Shown here: in pieces, positions 54,340 to 64,000 of the stretch
How positions within the stretch are numbered: position 1 is the first letter of the stretch
Layout: each line of letters opens with the position of its first letter
From: Pseudomonadota bacterium
Lineage (GTDB): Bacteria > Pseudomonadota > Gammaproteobacteria > Xanthomonadales > Wenzhouxiangellaceae
Length of the DNA stretch: 64,000 nt
Direction: 5' to 3'
Assembly (NCBI GenBank): GCA_036832975.1
Contig: DAITQM010000007.1
Location: 14,465-78,464 of the forward strand
Made by a program: the position numbers and the translations under genes
The notes under the pieces: model-generated
Databases searched by the model: none
The model's input: the letters and a program-made list of their open reading frames with translations, nothing else
What the model was told of the DNA's origin: nothing

Positions 54340-54490
54340 GCGCCCTCCCCCGCAAGCGGGGGGCCGGGGAGGGGGAAAATCGACTTCGGTAATCGCGCCC
54401 CCTTCCTAACCTTCCCCCGCAAGCGGGGGAAGGGACAAGGCGGGTTCCCGCAAGCGGGGGAGACAAGGCGGGTTCCCGCAAGCGGGGCAA
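54340..54490. repeat. Cluster of four REP-like GC-rich hairpins (CCCGCAAGCGGG core)
   Basis: Core hairpin at about 54349, 54415, 54448 and 54474. The last two form a 26-bp tandem unit (caaggcgggttcccgcaagcggggga). Confidence 0.8.
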
Positions 54491-54494
54491 GGGT

Positions 54495-55394
54495 TTGGGA
54501 ATGAGCGCTGACCTCGATGACTGGCTGGCGGCGCTCACCTACACCCGCCGCTTGTCGCCGCGGACGCTCACCGCTTACCGCCGGGATATCGAGCGCTTAT
54601 TGGCGGTTCTGACCGCGGCGGGGATCGCCGATCCGGCCACGGCCGGCGCCCAGGACTTGCGCCGGGCGCTCGCCGAGCTGCACCGCGCCGGGCTCGGCGG
54701 TCGTTCGCTGCAACGCTGGCTGGCGGCGGTCCGCGGTTTTTATCGCCACCTGCAAAAACGCGGCCGCAGCGCGGCCAACCCGGCGGCGCAACTGCGCGCT
54801 CCGCGCGCCCCGCGCCGGTTGCCCGGAACCCTCGACACCGAAGAGGCCGGCCGCCTGATGGCGATTCCCGGCCATACGCCGTTACAGCGGCGTGACCGGG
54901 CGATGGTCGAACTCTTTTATTCCTCGGCGCTCAGGCTGGCGGAGCTGGCCGGATTGCAATGGAGCGATATCGATTTCGACAGCGCCCTGGTCCGGGTGCT
55001 CGGCAAAGGGCAGAAGACTCGGGTCGTGCCGGTCGGCCGCCAGGCGCGCGCCGCGCTCGACGCCTGGCGCGGCGACCATGAGCAACTCGCCGGCCCCGGC
55101 GTCGGAACGGTGTTCGTCGGCCGCCACGGCCGGCCGCTCGGGGTGCGCGCCATCCAGTTGCGGCTGGCGCACTGGGGTCGGGTGCTCGGCCTGGACCGGC
55201 GGATCCACCCGCATCTTTTGCGCCACAGCGCGGCCAGCCATCTGCTCGAATCGAGCGGCGACCTGCGTGCCGTGCAGGAATTTCTCGGTCATGCGAGCCT
55301 GGCGACGACGCAGGTTTACACCCATCTCGATTTCCAACACCTGGTCAAGGTTTACGATCAGGCCCACCCTCGCGCCCGGCGCAAACACAATTAA
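54495..55394 (+). CDS. xerC: Tyrosine recombinase XerC
   Basis: Conserved RHSAASHLLESSGDLRAVQEFLGHASLATTQVYTH C-terminus. Synteny. Confidence 0.9.
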   Translation: MGMSADLDDWLAALTYTRRLSPRTLTAYRRDIERLLAVLTAAGIADPATAGAQDLRRALAELHRAGLGGRSLQRWLAAVRGFYRHLQKRGRSAANPAAQLRAPRAPRRLPGTLDTEEAGRLMAIPGHTPLQRRDRAMVELFYSSALRLAELAGLQWSDIDFDSALVRVLGKGQKTRVVPVGRQARAALDAWRGDHEQLAGPGVGTVFVGRHGRPLGVRAIQLRLAHWGRVLGLDRRIHPHLLRHSAASHLLESSGDLRAVQEFLGHASLATTQVYTHLDFQHLVKVYDQAHPRARRKHN

Positions 55395-55503
55395 CAGGTT
55401 GTTGAAAAACGCCATCCTGGCGTTTTTCAACGTCGCTTGCGAAAGGCGCGACTTTCGCTGCGCTCCCGAAATCAGCCGCTAAGGAGCGCCTGATTTCGCC
55501 GGG
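55392..55503 (+). repeat. 113-bp structured repeat, copy B
   Basis: Three consecutive hairpins. About 96 percent identical to the reverse complement of 46909-47021. A related hairpin, tagcaggctgtttttcaacagcctgcta, follows at 55521-55548. Confidence 0.85.
55401..55431 (+). terminator. Hairpin GTTGAAAAACGCCA-tcc-TGGCGTTTTTCAAC just after xerC (possible bidirectional terminator)
   Basis: Perfect 14-bp stem with a T/A run inside the arms, 7 nt after the xerC stop. It is part of the repeat element. Confidence 0.4.
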
Positions 55504-55632
55504 CCATCCGTGGCCCGGATTAGCAGGCTGTTTTTCAACAGCCTGCTAAGGCGGCTCTGAACAAGTCCATTCCCGGATCAAGTTTGGCAGGGACCCTGGA
55601 CTGATCGGAGCACGACAATCGCCAAAGACGAC

Positions 55633-55661
55633 CTTGCAAGCACCCCTGCCGGCCCCCAGTT
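55633..55661 (+). promoter_or_regulatory. Sigma-32-type heat-shock promoter candidate for hslVU
   Basis: CTTGCAA (55633-55639), a 14-nt spacer, then CCCCAGTT (55654-55661), compared with the consensus CTTGAAA-N13-15-CCCCATNT. It lies 29 nt upstream of the hslV ATG. Confidence 0.55.
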
Positions 55662-55689
55662 ATACCGCTCATCCGCCTCGAGGACGACG

Positions 55690-56238
55690 ATGGCCGGTTT
55701 TCATGGGACGACAATCGTGGCGGTCCGCCGCGGCAACGCGGTGGCCGTGGGCGGCGACGGTCAGGTGACCCTCGGTAATTCGGTGATCAAGGCCAATGCC
55801 CGCAAAGTGCGCCGCCTGTACAAAGACCGCGTGCTGGCCGGGTTCGCCGGCGCCACGGCCGACGCCTTCACGCTGTTCGAACGCTTTGAAGGCAAGCTCG
55901 AAAAACACTCCGGACATCTGCTGCGCGCCGCGGTCGAATTGGCCAAGGACTGGCGCACCGATCGGATCCTGCGCCGTCTCGAAGCGATGCTCGTCGTCGC
56001 TGACCATGAGACGACGTTGATCCTGAGCGGCACCGGTGACGTTCTCGAACCGGAACACGGCCTGGTGGCGATCGGTTCGGGCGGCGATTACGCCCGCGCC
56101 GCGGCGAGCGCGCTGTTGAACCATACCGCCCTGGAGCCGGAAACCATCGTCCGCGAAGCGCTGAACATCGCCGCCGATATCTGCATCTATACCAACCGCC
56201 AATTGACCATCGAAACCCTCGCATCGTCGCCCGCCTGA
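55690..56238 (+). CDS. hslV: ATP-dependent protease subunit HslV
   Basis: [25 protein letters not shown]-terminal Thr protease signature. Confidence 0.95.
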   Translation: MAGFHGTTIVAVRRGNAVAVGGDGQVTLGNSVIKANARKVRRLYKDRVLAGFAGATADAFTLFERFEGKLEKHSGHLLRAAVELAKDWRTDRILRRLEAMLVVADHETTLILSGTGDVLEPEHGLVAIGSGGDYARAAASALLNHTALEPETIVREALNIAADICIYTNRQLTIETLASSPA

Positions 56239-56242
56239 ACCT

Positions 56243-57553
56243 ATGTCGCAAATGACCCCCCGTGAGATCGTCCAGGAGTTGGACCGCCACATCATCGGCC
56301 AGCAAGCCGCCAAACGCGCCGTGGCGATCGCCCTGCGCAACCGCTGGCGGCGCCAGCAGATCGTCGAGCCGCTGCGCTCCGAGATCACGCCGAAGAATAT
56401 TTTGATGATCGGGCCGACCGGCGTCGGCAAAACCGAAATCGCCCGGCGCCTCGCGGCGCTCGCCAACGCGCCGTTCATCAAGGTCGAGGCGACGCGTTTC
56501 ACTGAAGTTGGTTACGTCGGAAAAGACGTCGAGGCCATCATCCGCGATCTGCTGGAAGTGGGCATGAAAATGGTGCGCGAGCAGGCGGCCAAGGCGGTCG
56601 AACCGCGGGCCCAGGACGCGGCGGTCGAGCGCGTGCTCGCGGCGCTACTGCCGCCGGCCGGTGACGATGGGGACAACACCGAAGCGTCGCGCGCCAAGCT
56701 GCGGCGCAAACTCCTCGCCGGGGAACTCGACGAGCGCGAAGTCGAAATCGATACCTCGACCCAGGTCGGCGTCGAGATCATGGCGCCACCCGGCATGGAA
56801 GAGATGACCTCGCAGTTGCAGCAGATGTTCCGCCAGATGGCCGGCGAACGGCGCCAACGGCGGCGGCTGAAAATCCGCGAGGCGCTGCGCCTGGCGACCG
56901 AAGAGGAGGTCGGGCGGCTGATCAACGAGGAAGAGGTTAAACAGCAGGCGCTGGCCGCCGTCGAAGAGAACGGCATCGTATTCATCGACGAGATCGACAA
57001 GGTCGCCAAGCGCGGCGAATACACCGGGGCCGATGTGTCGCGCGAAGGCGTCCAGCGCGATCTGTTGCCGCTCGTCGAGGGCAGTACGGTCAGCACCCGT
57101 CACGGACCGGTGCGCACCGACCATATCCTGTTCATCGCCTCCGGCGCTTTTCATCTGTCCAAGCCATCGGACTTGATTCCCGAACTGCAAGGACGGCTGC
57201 CGATCCGCGTGGAGTTGGCATCGTTGACGGTGGACGATTTCGAACGGATTCTGACCGAGCCCGAAGCGGCGCTCTGCGAGCAATACAGCGCGCTGCTCGC
57301 CACCGAGGACTTGCGGCTGAAGTTCAGTCCGGACGCCATCCGGCGACTCGCCGAGATCGCCTGGGCGGTCAACGAAAGGACCGAGAACATCGGCGCCCGC
57401 CGCTTGCACACCGTGCTCGAGCGCCTGCTCGACGAATTGTCCTTCCAGGCGCCCGATCAGCCGGTGCCCGAGCAGGTCATCGACGCCGCTTACGTCGACC
57501 GCCAGCTCGGCGATATCGCCGCCGACCAGGACCTCAGCCGCTACATTCTGTAA
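56243..57553 (+). CDS. hslU: ATP-dependent protease ATPase subunit HslU
   Basis: [17 protein letters not shown] and the Walker [16 protein letters not shown]. Confidence 0.95.
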   Translation: MSQMTPREIVQELDRHIIGQQAAKRAVAIALRNRWRRQQIVEPLRSEITPKNILMIGPTGVGKTEIARRLAALANAPFIKVEATRFTEVGYVGKDVEAIIRDLLEVGMKMVREQAAKAVEPRAQDAAVERVLAALLPPAGDDGDNTEASRAKLRRKLLAGELDEREVEIDTSTQVGVEIMAPPGMEEMTSQLQQMFRQMAGERRQRRRLKIREALRLATEEEVGRLINEEEVKQQALAAVEENGIVFIDEIDKVAKRGEYTGADVSREGVQRDLLPLVEGSTVSTRHGPVRTDHILFIASGAFHLSKPSDLIPELQGRLPIRVELASLTVDDFERILTEPEAALCEQYSALLATEDLRLKFSPDAIRRLAEIAWAVNERTENIGARRLHTVLERLLDELSFQAPDQPVPEQVIDAAYVDRQLGDIAADQDLSRYIL

Positions 57554-57607
57554 GCTGTATTCTTCAGGGCCCGCTCAACCGCGGCGCTGCTTTCGAGCGA
57601 GACACAG

Positions 57608-58354
57608 ATGAGCCAGGAATCGACTCACTTCGGTTACCGCACCGTCAGCCGCGGCGAGAAAAACCGGCTCGTGCGCGGCGTCTTCGATTCGGTCGCCGGC
57701 CGTTACGACTTGATGAACGATCTGATGTCCGGCGGCCTGCACCGTTTGTGGAAGCGGGAATTCGTCGCCACCTCCGGCATCCGGCCCGGCGCTACGGTGC
57801 TCGACTTGGCCGGCGGCACCGGCGATATCGCCCGTCTCGTCGCCCGGCGGGTCGGGGCGGCGGGCAAGGTGTATCTCGCCGATATCAACGGCCACATGGT
57901 CGAAGTCGGCCGGCGGCGGTTGGACAATCGCGGGCTTGCCGGGCGGGTCGAGTACCTCATCGCCGACGCCGAACATTTACCTTTCCCCGACAACCGTTTC
58001 GACGCGGTGACGATCGCCTTCGGGCTGCGCAACGTCACCGACCCGCCGCGGGCGCTTGGCGAGATGCAGCGGGTGCTGCGTCCCGGCGGGCGGGTTTTGA
58101 TCCTCGAATTCTCGCGCGTCCATGACGGGCTTTTCAGCCGGCTTTATGATCTGCACTCGTTCCGGATACTGCCCTGGCTCGGGGCCCGGGTGGCCGGCGA
58201 CGCGGCCAGCTACCGCTACCTGGCCGAGAGTATCCGCCGCCACCCGGCGCAGCCGGAATTGGCCGCCATGCTCGGCACCGCCGGTTTTGTCGAAACCGGC
58301 TGGCGCAACCTGAGCGCCGGCATCGTCGCCATCCACCGGGGTTGCAAGCCTTGA
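57608..58354 (+). CDS. ubiE: Demethylmenaquinone/ubiquinone C-methyltransferase
   Basis: THFGYRTV...VFDSVAGRYDLMNDLMS signature. Confidence 0.9.
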   Translation: MSQESTHFGYRTVSRGEKNRLVRGVFDSVAGRYDLMNDLMSGGLHRLWKREFVATSGIRPGATVLDLAGGTGDIARLVARRVGAAGKVYLADINGHMVEVGRRRLDNRGLAGRVEYLIADAEHLPFPDNRFDAVTIAFGLRNVTDPPRALGEMQRVLRPGGRVLILEFSRVHDGLFSRLYDLHSFRILPWLGARVAGDAASYRYLAESIRRHPAQPELAAMLGTAGFVETGWRNLSAGIVAIHRGCKP

Positions 58355-59013
58355 GCCCGGCGTGGCGGACGCCGCTGCCGCGCCTTTTGGCCCGATCCAT
58401 CGAGCGGGCGGTCAACGGCGTGCTGCGCTTTGACGAAGCGGCCCGCGAGCGGCTGGCGGCCCTGCCCGCCGGCGGCTTTGCCGCCGAATTGCCAGAACTC
58501 GCTTTGGCGTTGGTCTTTACGGCGGATCGAGCGCACGTCCATGTCGCGGCGATCCGCCAGGCCGGCGAGTCGGCGGCGGTGATCCGCGGCAGCGCCCCGG
58601 CGCTTGCCGGTCTGGCCTTCGCCACCGGCGCCCGGACCGGCAAGGTCACGATCCGCGGCGATGCCGAATTGGCGCAGGCCTGGCAGGCGTGGTTCGCGGC
58701 GCTGTCTCCGGACTTTGAAGAAGCGCTCTGCCGCATACTGGGCGATGTCGCCGGCCATCAATTGGCGGCGGCGCTGCGCGGCCTGTTCGCCGGGACGCGC
58801 CGTCGGCTGACCGATGGCGCGGCGATGGCGGCCGAATACCTGACCGAGGAAGCCGCCATCCTGCCCACTGCCGGCGAGTTGAGCGACTTCTATCACGAAG
58901 TGGATTGGTTGCGTGACGCCGCAGCAAGGCTCGAAGCCCGGCTCGCCGCCCGCCAACGCCGCCTGGGCGATCAGCCGGCGGCGCGCCGGACCGCCGGGTT
59001 GGAGCGGGGATGA
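58342..59013 (+). CDS. ubiJ: Ubiquinone biosynthesis accessory factor UbiJ (SCP2 domain)
   Basis: Position between ubiE and ubiB. SCP2-like N-terminal region. Confidence 0.7.
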   Translation: MQALSPAWRTPLPRLLARSIERAVNGVLRFDEAARERLAALPAGGFAAELPELALALVFTADRAHVHVAAIRQAGESAAVIRGSAPALAGLAFATGARTGKVTIRGDAELAQAWQAWFAALSPDFEEALCRILGDVAGHQLAAALRGLFAGTRRRLTDGAAMAAEYLTEEAAILPTAGELSDFYHEVDWLRDAAARLEARLAARQRRLGDQPAARRTAGLERG

Positions 59014-60665
59014 ATACGCCGGCCCGCCTGCTTCGGCTGACCGCGCTCAGCCTGACTCTGGCCCGCTACCGGCTGGATGCGATCCTCGCCGCGACCCACC
59101 TCAAACGGGCGCTCGGCTGGGTGTTGTGGCTGGTCCCCGGCCGCTGTGCCGCGACGATGCCGCGCGGCGAGCGCTTGCGCCGGGCGCTGGTCGAACTCGG
59201 TCCGATCTACGTCAAGTTCGGTCAGGTTCTGTCCACCCGCCGCGATTTGTTGCCAACCGATATCGCCGACGAACTGGCCCTGCTGCAAGACCAGGTGCCG
59301 CCGTTTCCCGGCGATGAAGCGCGGCGCATCGTCGAAGCTGAACTCGGCGCGCCGGTCGGTGAGTTGTTCGCCGCGTTCGATCCAAACCCCCTGGCTTCAG
59401 CGTCGATCGCCCAAGTCCACGCGGCGCAGCTCAAGGACGGCCGCAACGTCGTCGTCAAGGTCGTCAGGCCGGGCATCGAACGCAAAATCGACCGCGACCT
59501 CGATCTGCTCGCCGCCAGCGCCGCGTTGGCCGAACGTTACTGGGACGAAGGCGAGCGCATCCGGCCGGCGGCGATCGTCGCCGAGTTTGCGCAAGTGCTG
59601 CACGGCGAACTCGATATGCAGCGCGAGGCGGCCAACGCCAGCCTGCTGCGCCGCAATCTCAACCCCGGCGGCGAGATCTACATCCCCGAGATCTACTGGG
59701 AATACTGCAAAGACCGCGTGCTGACGATGGAGCGCGTCTCAGGCTTGCCGTTGCGCGACCTCGCGGCTTTACGCCGGCGCGGTTTCGATCTCAAAAAACT
59801 GGCGGCGCGCGGCGTCAGGCTGCTCTATACGCAGGTCTTCCGCGATAACCTGTTCCATGCCGATCTGCATCCGGGCAATCTGCTGGTCGCCGCGGATCAT
59901 CCCGCCGATCCGACCTTCATCGCACTCGATTTCGGCATTGTCGGTTCCCTGCCGCCGCGCGATCTCACCTATCTCGGCGACAACTTCATGGCCATGTTCA
60001 ACCGCGAGTACCGCCGCATCGCGGAACTGCACGTCGAAGCGGGCTGGCTGCCGGCCGATACCCGGATCGACGAGATGGAAGCGGCGGTACGCACCGTCTG
60101 TGAAGCCAATTTCTCGCGGCCGCTCGCCGAGATCTCGTTCGGCGAACTGCTCGCCAAATTGTTCCAGGTGGCGCGCCGTTTCCGGCTCAACTTGCAGCCG
60201 CAATTGATCCTGTTGCAAAAAACCCTGCTCAATGTCGAAGGTCTCGGCCGCCAGCTCGACCCGGAACTCGACATCTGGGCGGTCGCCAAGCCGGAACTCG
60301 AGCGCATTCTGCGCACCCGCCACGGCTTGGGATCGACCGCCCGCGCCCTCGGTCGCCGCTTGCCCGGCCTGCTCGAACACAGCCCTGAAATCCCCGAACT
60401 GATCCACGGCGCCTTGCAGCAACTGGCCGCCGGGAAGGTGCAGGCGACGCTCGATCCAGCGACGCTGGCGGCGTTGGACCGGCAACGCCGGGCCAGCGAC
60501 ATCCGGCGCAACAGTGCACTGCTGGCCGCCGTGCTGCTGGTGCTGTCCTTTCTGCTGTTCGCCTTCCCGCCTACGCCTGCCGCGTGGCTCCCCTGGTTGG
60601 GCGGCGGCTTGATCGTGGTGGCCTTGTTCCTGGTCCGGCGCGCCCTTCGATCGTCAGCATCGTAA
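59010..60665 (+). CDS. ubiB: Ubiquinone biosynthesis regulatory protein kinase UbiB
   Basis: LGPIYVKFGQVLSTRRDLLP and FHADLHPGNL motifs. C-terminal TM helices. Confidence 0.9.
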   Translation: MNTPARLLRLTALSLTLARYRLDAILAATHLKRALGWVLWLVPGRCAATMPRGERLRRALVELGPIYVKFGQVLSTRRDLLPTDIADELALLQDQVPPFPGDEARRIVEAELGAPVGELFAAFDPNPLASASIAQVHAAQLKDGRNVVVKVVRPGIERKIDRDLDLLAASAALAERYWDEGERIRPAAIVAEFAQVLHGELDMQREAANASLLRRNLNPGGEIYIPEIYWEYCKDRVLTMERVSGLPLRDLAALRRRGFDLKKLAARGVRLLYTQVFRDNLFHADLHPGNLLVAADHPADPTFIALDFGIVGSLPPRDLTYLGDNFMAMFNREYRRIAELHVEAGWLPADTRIDEMEAAVRTVCEANFSRPLAEISFGELLAKLFQVARRFRLNLQPQLILLQKTLLNVEGLGRQLDPELDIWAVAKPELERILRTRHGLGSTARALGRRLPGLLEHSPEIPELIHGALQQLAAGKVQATLDPATLAALDRQRRASDIRRNSALLAAVLLVLSFLLFAFPPTPAAWLPWLGGGLIVVALFLVRRALRSSAS

Positions 60666-60776
60666 ACCACTCGTCGGATCCCGGCGAGCGGCGGGTGCAG
60701 GCGAATGGTCTGGATTTCCCCTGGGGGATGCGCCTTTTTGCAACCTTTTCCCGCTTGGCCGGTTCTATAGACAGGC

Positions 60777-62234
60777 ATGTTCGATTGTGCCGCCATCCCC
60801 GCTACGATTCGCCGCCTGCCGGTGATCGGATCATTGTTGTCGATCGTCTGCCTGCTGCTGGCGGCCGGGCAGGTGGCCGCGGCGCCCGGTGCCGGGGTGG
60901 TCCGCTACGCGGCCCAACCATCATCCGATCTGCGCTTTATCGCGCTCGACATCTGCGCCGAGACGGCGCTGCCGCGCCGTTTCTATGCCGAGCGGACTTT
61001 GCGCCGCAAGCTCCAGAACATCCGTTTCGACGGCCGCGACAGCCGGCCGCGCTGGCAGGGCGACTTGCTGTCGGTGCCGGCGGTCGCCCGCTGTTTGTCC
61101 TATCGCGTCCGGCTTGACGAATCGTCCGGCACCTGCCGCTGGCGTCTGGCGCAATGGATCGGCCGCGACCTGTTGACCGAAGCCGGCGACTGGCTGCTGA
61201 TGCCGCCCGGCGTCGAACGGGCCGCGGTGCATGAGATCCATTTCACCCTGCCGCCGGGCATCTCGGTGTCGGCCCCGTGGCCGGATCTTCCGGCTGGCGG
61301 CGGGACCGCCTTTCGCCTCGCCCTGACGCCGCCCGACTGGGGCATGCAGGTGGCGTTTGGGCGTTTTGTGCTCGAGCGCATCCCGGTGGGCAATGTTGAA
61401 TTGCGCGTCGCGATGCTCGACAGCAACCCGCCGATCGACCGCGACGCGGCGCGCGTCTGGGTCCGCGAAGCGGCGGCCGCGGTGCTCGCCGTGCGTGACA
61501 CCTTTCCGCAACCCGATCCGCAGGTCATGCTCGTCCCGGCCAGTGGCCGCGGCGAAGCGGTGCCGTTCGCGCGCGTCGTGCGCGGCGGCGGCGTGGCGCT
61601 GCAATTTTTCGTCGATCCCAGCCGGCCGCTCGCCGAATATCGCGCTGACTGGACCGCGACCCACGAATTCAGCCACCTGCTGTTGCCCTACGTCCGGCGT
61701 TCCGATGCCTGGATGTCGGAGGGGCTGGCGTCGTATTACCAGAACGTGCTGCGCGCCCGCGACGGGCGGCTCAGCGAGGCGGCCGCCTGGCACAAGCTGT
61801 ACGAGGGCTTCATGCGCGGCATCCGCGCCACCAGCGGCCGTTATTCGCTGGCCGATGAAGCCGCGTCCGGCGACTGGCGGCGTAATACGATGCGGGTTTA
61901 TTGGGGCGGCGCGGCGTACTGGCTGCTCGCCGACACCGAATTGCGCCGGCGCAGTGCAGGCCGTCTGAGCGTCGATCGTGCCCTCTCCGGACTGGCCGCC
62001 TGCTGCATGGATCCCGGCCGCTTGTGGTCGGCCCGCGAGATGGCGCGCCAGCTTGACCGGATCACCGCCACCACCGTCTTCAGCGACCTGTACGAAGAGC
62101 AGGTCAGGGCCCGCGATTTTCCTCCCGCTCTCGACGCATTACGGACCCTCGGCGTGGACATCGAGGACAACCGCGCCAAACTCGACCCCGACGCCCCCGA
62201 CGCCCGTATCCGCGACGCCATCATGCGGGAGTAA
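60777..62234 (+). CDS. Secreted gluzincin-type metallopeptidase (HEXXH...E; M61/MA-clan-like)
   Basis: Signal peptide. HEFSH followed 15 residues later by WMSEGLASYY. Confidence 0.6.
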   Translation: MFDCAAIPATIRRLPVIGSLLSIVCLLLAAGQVAAAPGAGVVRYAAQPSSDLRFIALDICAETALPRRFYAERTLRRKLQNIRFDGRDSRPRWQGDLLSVPAVARCLSYRVRLDESSGTCRWRLAQWIGRDLLTEAGDWLLMPPGVERAAVHEIHFTLPPGISVSAPWPDLPAGGGTAFRLALTPPDWGMQVAFGRFVLERIPVGNVELRVAMLDSNPPIDRDAARVWVREAAAAVLAVRDTFPQPDPQVMLVPASGRGEAVPFARVVRGGGVALQFFVDPSRPLAEYRADWTATHEFSHLLLPYVRRSDAWMSEGLASYYQNVLRARDGRLSEAAAWHKLYEGFMRGIRATSGRYSLADEAASGDWRRNTMRVYWGGAAYWLLADTELRRRSAGRLSVDRALSGLAACCMDPGRLWSAREMARQLDRITATTVFSDLYEEQVRARDFPPALDALRTLGVDIEDNRAKLDPDAPDARIRDAIMRE

Positions 62235-62286
62235 GTCAAGCGATTTCGTCCCTGCGTTATCATGCGTCGATGAGGGGAGCATTTCG

Positions 62287-63276
<990 letters not shown>

Positions 63277-63281
63277 CGAGA

Positions 63282-64000
63282 ATGAACGATCTGGTCGAGC
63301 GTTATCGGCGTATGGATTACGGTCCGGCGCCGGAGAGCACGGCGGCGGCCGAGGCCTGGCTCGCGACGCACGACCGCCATTTCGGGCATTTCATCGCCGG
63401 CCGCTTCGTGCCGCCGGCCGGCGGCACCCGGTTCACCAGCTACAACCCGGCGCATCGCACGGTGCTCGCCGAGATCGCCGCGGCCGACGCGGCGGACGTC
63501 GAACAGGCGGTGTGCGCCGCCGAACAGGCGCTGCCCGCCTGGCAGGCGCTCGGCGGGCATGGCCGGGCACGGCACCTTTATGCCCTGGCCCGTCTGGTGC
63601 AGAAGCATGCGCGGCTGCTGGCGGTCGTCGAAACGCTCGACAACGGCAAGCCGATTCGCGAAACGCGCGATATCGATGTGCCGCTCGCCGCCCGCCATTT
63701 CTATCACCACGCCGGCTGGGCCGGGCTGTGCGGTGAGCGTTTCCCGGGGCTCGAGCCGTGGGGCGTTTGCGGTCAGATCATCCCGTGGAACTTTCCGTTG
63801 TTGATGCTCGCCTGGAAGGTCGCGCCGGCGCTCGCCGCCGGCAACACGGTGGTGCTCAAACCGGCCGAATACACCTCGCTCAGCGCCTTGCTGTTCGCCG
63901 AGCTGGCCGCTCAGGCCGGACTGCCACCGGGGGTTCTGAACCTGGTCACCGGCGACGGGCGGACCGGCGAGATCATCGTCGATCACCCGCGGATCGCTAA
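63282..64000 (+). CDS. NAD(P)-dependent aldehyde dehydrogenase (3' end outside window)
   Basis: My own translation from ATG 63282: MNDLVERYRRMDYGP...ETLDNGKPIRE...GQIIPWNFPLLMLAWKVAPALAAGNTVVLKPAEYT. It is open to the window end, so it is absent from the track. Confidence 0.85.
   Translation, partial: MNDLVERYRRMDYGPAPESTAAAEAWLATHDRHFGHFIAGRFVPPAGGTRFTSYNPAHRTVLAEIAAADAADVEQAVCAAEQALPAWQALGGHGRARHLYALARLVQKHARLLAVVETLDNGKPIRETRDIDVPLAARHFYHHAGWAGLCGERFPGLEPWGVCGQIIPWNFPLLMLAWKVAPALAAGNTVVLKPAEYTSLSALLFAELAAQAGLPPGVLNLVTGDGRTGEIIVDHPRIA

Noticed and set aside
54340-54490. Repeated CCCGCAAGCGGG hairpins, considered as a mini-CRISPR.
   Set aside because: Spacing is irregular (66, 33 and 26 bp) and the intervening sequence is itself repetitive. 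There are no cas genes. They behave like REP elements.

Overview
High-G+C chromosomal segment with gammaproteobacterial (Pseudomonas-like) local synteny: ccoNOQP-ccoGHIS, bioBFHCD, algZ-algR-hemC/hemD-hemX-hemY, lptM-dapF-DUF484-xerC, hslVU and ubiE-ubiJ-ubiB. Core genes fill 1-6.2 kb and 20.2-64 kb. Many long ORFs in the supplied track are antisense or alternate-frame shadows typical of high G+C, and several real genes start well inside the listed ORF. Between the core blocks (about 6177-20190) lies a visibly lower-G+C island of about 14 kb that I read as a decayed chromosomal integron. It has no intact integrase. It keeps three N-terminal intI stubs on the minus strand, each facing an attI-like region. 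It has 11 complete attC sites and at least 5 truncated ones. About 16 cassettes all read on the plus strand. In 9 cassettes the first six bases are the exact complement of that cassette's own attC R'' box, and in the other 5 testable cases they differ at one position, as expected for excised cassette circles. Cassette cargo: GNAT, APH-like kinase, a cysteine-less DsbD gamma-alpha fusion, a small TM protein, a 2-TM/coiled-coil unknown, a frameshifted GIY-YIG/DUF4357 nuclease, a HEAT-repeat lipoprotein, an HEPN-like protein, DUF5946, PaiB, a RelE/XRE pair, HicAB and a helical-repeat unknown. A 151-bp ORF-less cassette occurs twice, each time directly upstream of an unknown cassette gene. It carries a TATAAT, a Shine-Dalgarno and a short ORF, and may act as a portable expression module. 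IS21-like, IS91-associated recombinase and Y1-transposase fragments interrupt several attC sites. The whole array is bracketed by perfect 30-bp inverted repeats of a MITE-like element. Outside the island I note an Anr/FNR box at ccoN, a BirA-type operator at bioB, a sigma-32-type promoter at hslVU, a frameshifted DUF4160/DUF2442 islet, two paralogous small secreted C-x14-C proteins splitting hemC from hemD, a 113-bp structured repeat present twice, and a REP-like hairpin cluster. No rRNA, tRNA or CRISPR array was recognised. All family calls rest on motif recognition by eye; no database search was possible.
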